Shown in pieces: positions 1 through 9,474 of a DNA stretch of 20,000 bases. The notes under the pieces were generated by a model. That model was not told the DNA's origin and made no database searches. It was given only the letters and a program-made list of their open reading frames with translations. Source of the DNA: Emiliania huxleyi CCMP1516 (taxonomy: Eukaryota); NCBI RefSeq assembly GCF_000372725.1, contig NW_005201403.1, forward strand, positions 240,259 through 260,258, written 5' to 3'. Each line of letters begins with the position of its first letter. Positions within the stretch are counted from its first letter, which is position 1. The position numbers were made by a program, and so were the translations under genes.

Positions 1-1141
1 GCTCGTTTTGCTCGTGCGGCGAGTCGACGCCCGCGTTCATGATTGCGAAGGGGGGGATGTGAGACTCGTCCACCTGTGGCGGGTCCAGTCACCAGTCAGC
101 CCAGAGAATCCTTCGACAGGACGCGAGGGCCAAGGGGAGCTCCTCTGCCCGCCTCCTCAAACGCAACCAGCGCCCCGCCGCCCGGCGAGGGCCAGTAGCC
201 GCTGTACCGGCTCATCTCCTCCTGCGCGCAGTAGTCGGCAAGCCCATTCGACCTCCCCTCCTCCCCGCGCGCGCCGAGCGTGAGGCGGCGCGGCGCGCAC
301 GCGTCGGCGGCGGAGCCAACCTCGCAGGCGCAGACCTCGCCTAATCTCGGCCGATCTCGGCTGATGTCGGCCGATCTCGGCCGACCTCGGCCGATCGGCC
401 ACCCTCGCAAGCAGGTCCTCACCCCCCCAGACGAAGAAGCAGCGCGCGCCGTCGTCGGACAGCTTCGCGTCGAGGAGCGGGCCGGTCCCGACCTGCAGGA
501 CACGTCCGGGACATGTCACGATCCGGCGGTGTGTATGCATGCGAGGAGCCGGCCTGAAGTCGACCTCGGGAAAGGCGTCTGGGTCGAAGAGACGACGAAG
601 GCTGTCTGCGGAGCCCTCTGCGACGCCGTCCTGGCAGCAGCGAGGTTGGGCTGAGGCGTGGCGAGAGGGCAGCGACTCGCACCCTCCTCTCGAGGCGCGC
701 CTGGACAAACAGAGCGCCGTCCATCGGCACGAGGAGGCGGCAGGCGTTCTTCGCCCAGCTGTACTCGGTCACGCCGGTCGACATGATCCTCGCCCGCTCG
801 CGGCGCAGCGCCTCCTCCTTGGAGAAGCTCTTCTCCTCGCCAGAGCCCTCGCGTGGAGCGATCACCAGCGACGTGCTGCCCGTCTCCCGGTCGTAGACGT
901 AGAGCTGGCGCGTCAGGCTGGCGGCCTCGACGCTGCCGAGGTAGGTCACGTACCGGTCGTCTGGCGAGAACTTCACCATGCTGAGCCCCTGAGCGCCAGG
1001 CCTCGGGATCGCTGCCACCTCCTCAAAGGTGAGGACGGATGCGGTTGAGAGCTGTGGCACGAGCGAGGCTTGCGGCTTGATCCCGACGGTCATCGCCCGC
1101 CCGACGGCGACGAGAAGCGCAGCTGGCAAGCGGCGTTGCAT
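1..1141 (-). CDS. Dipeptidyl peptidase IV (peptidase S9B)-like protein, N-terminal beta-propeller region; runs off the window start. Proposed exons 1141-701, 630-565, 492-423, 340-153, 73-<1
   Basis: Spliced translation gives DPP IV N-terminal motifs: [64 protein letters not shown]. Introns 700-631 (GC-AG), 564-493 (GT-AG), 422-341 (GT-AG) and 152-74 (GC-AG) keep the frame. Confidence 0.85.
342..400. repeat. Intronic ~10-bp minisatellite (CTCGGCCGAT-like)
   Basis: atctcgg ccgatctcgg ctgatgtcgg ccgatctcgg ccgacctcgg ccgatcgg, inside intron 422-341. Confidence 0.85.
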
Positions 1142-1708
1142 TTCCAGCGAGCCGAGGCAAAAAAAATGCGATGGGAGTCCCGGATGGCGCGTCCAAATCC
1201 TGCTCGTGCAGGTGGGGACCCTGTCCTCGTCGCATCCCGCGTTGGCGTGTTTGTTTTCTTTCTTTTACTCACACGGGACTGAAAAAAGAATATTACCACG
1301 CAAAATCCAGGGCGACGATCGGTGTCCCGGGGGCGGCCGTCATGTGGCGAGGAGGGAGGACGACAAGTGCGCGTCGTACGGGTCGCTCTTCAACTTCATC
1401 GGCCAGTCGCGTTACGAGTGTTTGAACCAGTCACTTCGTCGTTGGGAGGTGGGTCTAACCCCACCGTCCCTGCCGACGAGCCTGGGTAGTGCACGCGGGA
1501 GCGATCGCACACCCTTTGTTGACTCGTTACTTTTTCGAATAATAAACGCTATCACATGCTAAAGCGCCACACCTCGTGGGACTGATGTTTTCGTAAACGT
1601 AGTCGTGGCCCCCCGCTAACGTCGCACGAGTGCAACCGGTAGCTCGTCTCTTGATCCTCTTCTTGATTGCCATACAAACTCTTGCGTGCCGCGGGCATTA
1701 CAACATAT

Positions 1709-2488
1709 TCAATGCCACTGTACTAAGGCTACAGTGCATTCCTCACGCTGCTTTAACAACCACTTGAACGTCTCAGACGCATTCACAGGCAATCCTAAAG
1801 CTGGCATTGCGTGCCACTCCACAGCAAGGATATCGAGCCCGCACACAGCAGCTGGCTGTGTGACAATGACATGCCGCAGCACTTTGTACTCATGGCCTTC
1901 AATATCCAACTTGACGAATACGAAATCGCTCGCATCTACAATCTGTGCGAGGAACGACGTGGCATCCATTGTGTGCACCGTTTTTGGCACGAAACCCTTG
2001 CTGTCAGAGATAGCGACCTGGCTGTTACTATGCCATCTTCCCTTCGCATCTTTGTAATGTTCCGCTTTTGAGCTCTCGAGGCTTGCATCCACGCCTGCAC
2101 CCTGCATTTCAACGTATAAAGTACGATTTGTGGTGCTGCTCACGCTCAATGCAGTTCCAACGAACAGCTTCACGTGGTAATCCCTGGAAAGTCGCTGCTC
2201 ATACAAACTCAAGCGAGTGCTCCATCTTGGGTTTGCCTCAAAGCCATAGTAGCAGTTCTCCCGAGGCCGTGATTTACATTTGTGTAAATTACGGGACTGC
2301 TTCTGGGAGAGCCGGTCAAGCGCTGGATCCCGCCACCATTTCATCAATGAGCTGCCATCGTTCAGTCCAACGTCGACAAAGGTGCATTTACAGCGGCAAA
2401 CGCCGAAATATTTTTCATGCAGCGTTGATGAACGCATGCACGAACCAATGGAGAGTAAGGTCATGACCGAAGTAGGCATCCGTTGCAA
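1709..2488 (-). CDS. FkbM-family (Methyltransf_21-like) SAM-dependent methyltransferase, intronless, low GC
   Basis: 259-aa ORF with motif I-like FVDVGLNDG, YGFEANP and the FkbM-typical FVKLDIEGHEYKVL followed by LAVEWH. GC is about 50% by spot count, against ~70% in neighbouring genes. The real start may be a downstream ATG. Confidence 0.75.
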   Translation of the reverse strand: MQRMPTSVMTLLSIGSCMRSSTLHEKYFGVCRCKCTFVDVGLNDGSSLMKWWRDPALDRLSQKQSRNLHKCKSRPRENCYYGFEANPRWSTRLSLYEQRLSRDYHVKLFVGTALSVSSTTNRTLYVEMQGAGVDASLESSKAEHYKDAKGRWHSNSQVAISDSKGFVPKTVHTMDATSFLAQIVDASDFVFVKLDIEGHEYKVLRHVIVTQPAAVCGLDILAVEWHAMPALGLPVNASETFKWLLKQREECTVALVQWH

Positions 2489-3189
2489 CGACCTGGCGGG
2501 AGCGGGCTAAAAGCCCTGTCTCGCCCGAGTCCTGGGAAAGTATAGTAAGTTCGTATCGGAAAGGAATTTTACCTGTGCACAAGAGAATTTTACGGATAGA
2601 GAAGTGAAGAAGTCCTCCAGCACAAACGCGACCGTGCTAAAGCATGCGATGGTCCCACCCATCCACGCAAGGAGCCAGTTAGAATTTTACAACAAACGAT
2701 CGCTCCTCATCGCAAACCCCGTCAGCAGTCCTCCTCCGGGAATGTACGTAAGAGCTACATACACTGACAAAACTCCCTCGCACGACACTGGGCACGGAGC
2801 CAGTTAGAATCGTTACCAAAGAAAGTCGCCCGACCGAGGCCCATCCATCCATGTCCGTCCGCGAGCCCCCAGCTCGCCGACGGCGAGAGAGATGCCACGA
2901 GGGGTCGCGGTGGCGTCCATCGCCAGGCTCCCTAGCTCAACCGACGACCCTCGTGCCTCGGGATCGACGGCCGATCGTCATCAGACAATGAGGTCGAGAA
3001 CCGCATCGGCGGCCTCAGCAGCGTCTGCAGAGAGCCGATCAGACTCGGGTCCACGGTGAATGTCAGGTCTGCACTAGGCTCACACACAAGTCAAGGTAGA
3101 TCTAAATACCGGGGGAGGTATTTCCTATGCTTCACAGCCTTGTTATTGAGAAGAAAATACGTCCTACTTCACACCTGGCGGACGGGACT

Positions 3190-3220
3190 GCGCACACCGT
3201 GGCGCACACCGTGGCGCACA
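3190..3220. repeat. Short tandem repeat (GCGCACACCGTG) x2.5
   Basis: gcgcacaccgtg gcgcacaccgtg gcgcaca read directly. Confidence 0.8.
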
Positions 3221-3336
3221 AAGAAACGTGAACAGGCCCCACTGCCACTCACCTTGGGTGGTGCAGGTTAGGACTTCCGCGGCGCCGCTCTGGGCGGCGG
3301 GCTGAGCCGATCGTAGCGGCGAGCCTCGGTCGAACG

Positions 3337-5392
3337 ATGCATGAGGCCCGTCACGGACAGCCGCTGAGCAGTGAGCTCCTTCTGCTCGTGGGCGCCGGCG
3401 AGGGCACGCCTGTGCTGCCGGCATCGGGCGAGCAGCAGCGGCGCCCGATCGGCGTGGTCCTGGCGGACGAAGCCTCTTCCGTGGCCGCAAAGCCGGCCGC
3501 CGGCTCACGCTGGTGCTTCTCCGACGCGGTCGAGTCCGACCCGGCCGGCCGCGACTTTGCGCGCTCCACCGACTGCTGCACGCTCCGCTGGACGCCTGCA
3601 AAGGGCCGTCACGCCACTGCGACCCGCGAGATCTCGCGTGGACGCGTGCTTCTGCGGGCCTCGGCTGCGGCAGTCGCCAACACGGCTGCGAGCGGCGCGG
3701 CGACGGCCCTCCTCGCGGAGTCGTCGGGGCGCGACGGCGCGGCGGCCTCTGCGGACGCGCAGCGCGTCGGGCTGGACGCGTCGACGCTCGCTCTCTCGCT
3801 CGAGCTCTTGCGGTCGGGTCGCGAGGCGGCCGAGGAGGCGGCGGGGTCGCTGCTGACGCACCGCGAGCACCTATCCGCCGCCGAGGCGGAGGCGTGGGAG
3901 CGCACCGCCCAGAGACTGCGCTCGGCTGCGGCCAGCTCTGGTGGCTCTGGTTGCTCTTGTGCGTCCGGCTGGAGTGATGAGGCGGTGCTGCGGCTGCTGC
4001 TCGCGGTGCACGCGAACGCGCACCCGGTCCTCGACGACGCGACGGCGAGCCGGACGGTCGGGCTCGGCCTCTTCCCCGCCGCCTGCCTGCTCAACCACTC
4101 CTGCGCCCCGACGGGGGTCCTCTCCTTCGAAGCCGGCGGCAAGGTCCTCGTCGTGCGCGCGCTGGTCGACTTGCGGCGCGGGCAGGAGGCGGCCAGCTCT
4201 TAGACACCTCCTAGACACTTCCGAGACCCTTCCTGGACAGTGCAGGAGGCGACCAGCTCTTAGACACCTCCTGGACACTTCCGAGACCCTTCCTGGACAG
4301 TGCAGGAGGCGACCAACTCGAGGCCTCGAGCCGCAGCTCCTTCCTGAGGACGTGCATCACAGGGTCCGCCACTGGCGAGCAGGTCACCTACTCGTACCTC
4401 GACGAGCCCCACCTCTTCGCCCCGTGGCGGCAGCGGAGGGCGCTCCTGCGCGCCGCACACCGCTACGAGCCCTCCCAGCCTCGCAGCAGAGAGGAGAGCG
4501 AGGCGGCGGCGCTCTGCCGATCGCGCCTGCCCGCCGCCGCGCTGGGCGAGCCGGCGGATGAGAACGCGGCAAGGTGCTGGACCCTTCCCTGACCCTTCCT
4601 CGAGCCCTCCTCAGGCGAGCTCGAGGCGGAGGTGCGTGCTCTCTGCTCCGAGGCGGCCGCCGCGGCGGAGGAGGCGGAGGAGGCGGCGGCGCGCGGCGAC
4701 GGGCCGCTCGCTCCGTCGGCGGAGGAGCGGCTCGGGTCTGCCTGCGAGGCGGTGCACTCGCTGCTCGAGGGGAGGCTGCTGCAGGCGGCGCCACCCGGCC
4801 CCGCTGGACCGGACGTAGTTGAACGAGTCAGACCGTACTCTCGTGCAGCAGGCGGCCCGCGCCCGCCGACTGCGCCTACGAGGCCCGGTATGAGCATCTC
4901 CCGGTATGAACATCTCACCCCGTCGCTCTCGTGTCGCAGGCGGCGCACCCGGCCCACTGGCTCGCGCACGACTGCCTCGCCGCGCTCTCCCGCGCCGCGC
5001 GCGCCCTCGGCGACCCGGAGCGGCTCGCACACGCGTCGATGCGATGCCGGTGGCATGTCCATGACGTGTCCGAGACGTGTCGACAGGAGCGGCTCGCGTA
5101 CGCGTCGATGCGGCTGATCGCCGCGCGGGAGCAGGTGATGCCCCTCGGCACGCCCGGCCTCGCGACGCTGTACGCCTCGCACGGCTCGGCGCTGGTCCGC
5201 CTCCTCCGCGCGGGTCGCTTCTCGGCCGCCGGCAGCGCAGAGGCCCTCGGGCAGGCGGAGCAATCCCTCGCGGCCGCCTGCAGCATCCGCGCGAGCTGCC
5301 TCGGCGACGAGCACCCGCTCGTGGCCGCCACAGCCCGCGCGCTCGCCGACGTGAGGCAGCGCCGGAGGCAGCGCGCGGGGGGCGCGACGTGA
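3337..5392 (+). CDS. SET-domain (SMYD-like) protein lysine methyltransferase with C-terminal helical/TPR-like region. Proposed exons 3337-4188, 4383-4545, 4615-4784, 4940-5017, 5087-5392
   Basis: N-SET KGRHATATREISRGRVLL; C-SET GLGLFPAACLLNHSCAP...VRALVDLRRGQE|VTYSY; post-SET-like RQRRALLRAAHRY; C-terminal HPAHWL and CLGDEHP typical of SMYD helical tails. The introns restore the frame. Confidence 0.85.
4182..4318 (+). repeat. 60-bp tandem duplication spanning the exon/intron boundary of the SET gene (2 full copies plus a partial one)
   Basis: Unit gcaggaggcg(g/a)ccagctcttagacacctcct(a/g)gacacttccgagacccttcctggacagt at 4182 and 4242; third copy starts at 4302. Confidence 0.9.
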
Positions 5393-5598
5393 CCAGAGAG
5401 TTTCCATTCCTTCTTTTGCGACCGCCGCTGAGCGCTGTGAGGTGTGAGGTGTGTGGCGCGCAGCTGCGGAGCGTGCGGCCTGCGGCCGGTGTGTGCGGAG
5501 CGGATCGATTTCTTTACGATTGAACGTTCTCTCTCTCGACCGCCCGCAGTCGCACGCCGTCTCCCTCAAGGCACACAAAAGAGGGGGGGTTTCAAGCA

Positions 5599-6605
5599 TC
5601 AGACCGCATTGCGCATACCGCCGCCGGCTCCGTCTGGCTCTGCGACTGCGTCTCTGTCGCGCTCTCGGTCCTTCCTCTTCTCGCGCTTCCTCAAAGCCTT
5701 GTTAGCTTTCTTCAGCTCCTTGGCCAACTGGGGCGCAGCCTGCGCCTCCGCCTGCTTGGTCCGCTTCTTCTCGTCCCGAAGCAGCAGCACCTCCGCCCGC
5801 GCCTTCTCCTCCTCGCTCAGGCTCTCGCGGTCAGCAGCGTAGCGCTGCAGCAGCGACTGATTGATCTCGCGCTTCCACTTCTCACTCTTCTCGAGCAGCC
5901 TGCGCCGGCGGCTCTCCTCGTCGCTCTCCTCCTTCTCGTCGCCAGGCTGCCGCCGCCGCTTCTTCCCCTTCTTGCGTTGCTGTCTCGCCGCCTCTGCTCC
6001 CGCCGCCGCCCCTGCTCCCGCCGCCTCCTCCGCCGCCAAGGAGGAGGAGGGACGACTGGCCGCATCCACGTCACTCAGCCGGCCCACGTCGGCAGCGCAC
6101 CCAACCACCGTCTTCTCGTCGTCCTCCGACTGCCCGCCGCTCGGTGACTCGTCCTGTGGGAGCGCCGGCGGCGGCTGCGGCGGCGGTTGCGGCGGCGGCG
6201 GCTGCACGCACCGGATGCGCCGGGTGCGGCCCGTCTTCCGGTTCCGCTGCCAGCTCTGATGGAGGTCGACCGAGTAGCTGAAGCCTCGAGCCTCGTACTC
6301 GCCGCGGCCGCCCGCTTCTGCGTCCGAGATGGCGGCGAGCACGCGAGCGTCGGCAGGCACCCACCCGCCCTTGAGCTCTACCTCCCACCGCGGCGCCGGC
6401 ACCGCCGCGGGAGCAGCCGCCGCCACCGCGCGCGCATCGGCAGCCGGGTCCGTGTTGGGCTGGAGCGTGGCGGGCTGGAGCGTGGCGGGCTGGCAGGCGC
6501 TGGTTGGTGGCTGGCCGTGGGCGGGCAACGCCGGCGCTCCGCTCGTGGCAGCAGGCTGTCGGCCATCGACGCGGGCAACGCTGCCACCACTGCCGCCAAT
6601 ACCAC

Positions 6606-6647
<42 letters not shown>

Positions 6648-7119
6648 CACTCCCCTCCCTTCCGGTGCCCACTCCTGCACGCTGAGGAGAGCGGGTTGCG
6701 ACAGAGCCACGCGCGGCGTTTGCAGCGCAGACGGGGCAGGGCGGCGACTGCGGCTGCGTCCAGTGGTCGAAGAGCCGCTGGGCACACGCCCGCTGGCTGA
6801 GCGAGGCGGCGTCCGTGATCTGGTGTGCCAGAAGCGTGGCTCTCACAGCGGTCACCGGGAGCCTCTTCGAGTTGAGGAAGGCGAGCACGCGCGCCGCGAC
6901 CAAAGCGTCGTTCTGGAACCGGCTCAGAGCAGGGTCGGGCTTGCCCCACACACTGTTGGTCGCCTGCTGAGCACAGCGCGAGCGCAGCGCGTCGCCCTTG
7001 ATCCTCGGGTGGGACGTGTTCGAAAGCTTGGAGTAGAGGCGCTTCGCCTCCTCCTCCCCCTCGATGTGGCGGCACACATCGCCGAACCACAGGTGGAGCT
7101 GTTTCAGCAGGATTGTCAT
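5599..7119 (-). CDS. WWE-domain-containing protein with low-complexity linkers and a charged coiled-coil C-terminus
   Basis: Long ORF (first ATG at 7119). The segment at ~6390-6205, RWEVELKGGWVPAD..ISDAE..GFSYSVDLHQSWQRNRKTGRTRRIR, matches the WWE consensus (W..W..Y.IDF..M.Q.N..TG..R.VRR). The C-terminus is K/R/E-rich and NLS-like. The 5' end is uncertain. Confidence 0.7.
6601..6646. repeat. (CCG)n/(CCA)n trinucleotide run encoding poly-Gly in the WWE gene
   Basis: accaccaccgccgccgccg... read directly. Confidence 0.85.
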
Positions 7120-8443
7120 ACGGCGCCGCGCCGGTTGCACGAGTCCGGCGTCAGCCTCGTGAGCGGCGAGGCGGCCACGGCGTCAGCCTCTCGATCGTCA
7201 GCAGAGGAGCGGGGCCTCGCGCGCTAGCGGCTTTTCTTTTCCGTACTAGTGGGGACCTGCGGCGGACCCGCCTCTGTTGAGTGTTGTTCGGGCAGTGAGA
7301 GACGCAGGATCTGCACGCCAAAGTGGGGCCACTCCGCATTTTCATTTTGGTTTTGGGTTGTCGGAGATCATCCATCAGCACTCATGTCTCATCAGTCAGT
7401 CACGTCAGTCAAAGCAGTCGTGGCACGTGGAGCAGTCGCTGCATGCAACGGCGCCGCCACACGCTCCGGACGACCGACACACCGACACACCACGCACAAT
7501 GGGAGGCTATCGCGCACGATCGGCCATCGCACCCACCGCAAACACCTCGCCGCACAGATGGGGGGAGGCAAAATCCCACACACACCGGAGCAGCGCAGAC
7601 ACCTTACACGTCAGCGCTCGCTCGATGTGGCCGGCGCTCTCCCCTCTCCTATCGCCTTTTCAACCCGTTGGCTCCGTGCCTAAGGCAGATCGATTAGGGT
7701 GTGAGCTGCGGCAGCCACCGTTTCTGTACCTCGATCACGTGCAGGCCGTCGGAGGCCGCGCTGGATGGCCCAGGGCCGGCGGCGGTGAAGGCGTCCGTCG
7801 ATGAAGGGATGTCGTCGAGGGAGCCATCGTCCTACACGGCTGGTGCACCGGTCCAGTTGTCGGAGTTCGAGATCGCCGTCGACTTGGAGAGTTCGGCCCG
7901 TTGACGAACTCACGGAATGTGAGCGACTTGGTGCACGCTGATAGTCGAGCATCATGGCTCGCACCTCATCCTGAGCGCAAGGAATTCGCCCAGGGGCCAG
8001 CTGTTGGCGTCGCCGTTTTGATCGAGCTGCATCCACTGCATGGTTTCGTAGTCAAGCGTAAACGCCCAGGAGTTGGTGCCTGGTCGTAGGTTGTGCGGAT
8101 ATCGCTGAGCGTGAGAGGGACTGGATCGGCAGCAGCGCGGGCGGCAGCGGCCGGAGAGGCCGGAGAGCCGTCCGACGGAGGCCGGTCGTGCATCGGCGCG
8201 TCGGCCGTAGGGGCCGGGGGGGCGGCGGCATCCATTTACAAATATCGCTGCGGGTCGCTGCGGGCCGACGATTGTGGACTGATCGATCGTCGGCGGGCGG
8301 TGTTCTCGAGTGTTCAGCTGGGACGTTCTACGTTAAAAGAGCGTCGGCGCCGACACGAGAGACTTATAAGGGTAGATTCCGAATTTTTTTTCCGACGTCA
8401 CCGAAACTCGGCGCCTGCGGCGGAGTGGCTTACTGCGGCTAGC

Positions 8444-9472
8444 ATGCCGACCGCCATTGTGGCGCCAGCAGATGAACACGCCGACGAGGAGGTCCTCCGA
8501 GAGGCGTTGGAGGGCGATGCGCTGCGACCGACGGGCGGCGCTCCCGCCTCCAACGACGACACCCTCCTGCCGCAGACGACGTGCAAGCTGGTGATGACGC
8601 CCGCTCACGACGCCCTCTCGAGGAGTCGCTTCGCGCTGTATCGGCTGCTCATGACGCCCCCTCAAGGCGTCGTATCTCCGAAGGCCTACTTTGCCGCGAG
8701 CAACGAGCTCGTGGTGCTGACGCTAATCGTGTGCTGGATTGTCACGGTCTGTTACGACCGGTCCCAGGTGTGGGACCACCCGGCGCGGGTCTACGTGGGG
8801 CACTTCAACCCGTGCTTTGGGTGGGACTACGCGCCGGCGTCGTACATCGCCGTCTTTGCGATGTCGTACGACGTGCACCTCGCGTGGACCTACGCGAGCC
8901 TCGAGGCGATGCGCACCAAGCTGCGCGACGACGACGGCAAGACGAGCAAAGCCGAGCGCTTCTCGCTGGTGACGACGTACCTGCACGGGCTCGCGAGCAT
9001 GGGGTGGATGCTCCTGTGGCTCGTTGGCCCGCCCGACGGCCAGTGGGCCGCGCACCTCGCCATCTTCTCCACCGCCGTCGCCTTCCGCTACCTCTGCCAG
9101 CTGGGCAACTACGTCGAGTGCCGCTGGGGCAAGGCGTGGGAGAGCGGCCACGTGAAGCGCTCGCACACGGTCTACATCGTGAGCTACGGCCTGGTGACGC
9201 TCTGCCTTCCCATCCTCTACTTTATCGACGTCATCATGTACGAGGCGCAGGGGCGCACCGGCGTCGACCCGCCCATACCGCTCGCGATCATCCAGACGCT
9301 GGACGTGGTGTGGATGGTGCTCGTCGCGCTGAGCACGCGCTTCTCGGTCCCCGAGCCGCCCGTCGTCGTCAAGTGGAGCGTCCTCGAGTTCGACGACGTC
9401 GTCGACGCCGACGACTTCACGCCGGCGCAGATCGCGCAGCTGAGGAAGCTCGGGTTCGAGGCCATCGAGTGA
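8444..9472 (+). CDS. Multi-pass membrane protein (~342 aa, ~6 TM), unknown function; possibly Frag1/DRAM/Sfk1-like
   Basis: ATG at 8444 within ORF 8093-9472, strong GC3 codon bias, hydrophobic segments LVVLTLIVCWIVTVC, YIAVFAMSY, LASMGWMLLWLVG, WAAHLAIFSTAVAF, VYIVSYGLVTLCLPILYFIDVI and IIQTLDVVWMVLVAL. No introns are evident. Confidence 0.75.
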   Translation: MPTAIVAPADEHADEEVLREALEGDALRPTGGAPASNDDTLLPQTTCKLVMTPAHDALSRSRFALYRLLMTPPQGVVSPKAYFAASNELVVLTLIVCWIVTVCYDRSQVWDHPARVYVGHFNPCFGWDYAPASYIAVFAMSYDVHLAWTYASLEAMRTKLRDDDGKTSKAERFSLVTTYLHGLASMGWMLLWLVGPPDGQWAAHLAIFSTAVAFRYLCQLGNYVECRWGKAWESGHVKRSHTVYIVSYGLVTLCLPILYFIDVIMYEAQGRTGVDPPIPLAIIQTLDVVWMVLVALSTRFSVPEPPVVVKWSVLEFDDVVDADDFTPAQIAQLRKLGFEAIE

Positions 9473-9474
9473 GC

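Noticed and set aside
1273..3190. 9-bp direct repeat ACGGGACTG (1273 and 3182) flanking the low-GC island as a possible target-site duplication
   Set aside because: No terminal inverted repeats inside it, and the same 9-mer also occurs within the FkbM ORF (2291), so chance is plausible.
4182..4318. CRISPR-like appearance of regularly spaced repeats
   Set aside because: The units are full tandem copies with no unique spacers, the context is a eukaryotic intron, and there are no cas genes.
4463..7227. Long antisense ORFs (4463-5599 minus; 6187-7227 plus)
   Set aside because: Shadows of the SET and WWE genes with no domain signal.
7680..8235. Short minus-strand ORFs and a protein-like stretch (NSWAFTLDYETMQWMQLDQNG)
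   Set aside because: No consistent frame, splice model or recognisable domain. It may be a decayed fragment but cannot be supported.
8093..8443. N-terminal extension of the 459-aa ORF
   Set aside because: It starts at a non-ATG codon and crosses an AT-richer promoter-like tract. The ATG at 8444 fits the onset of codon bias.
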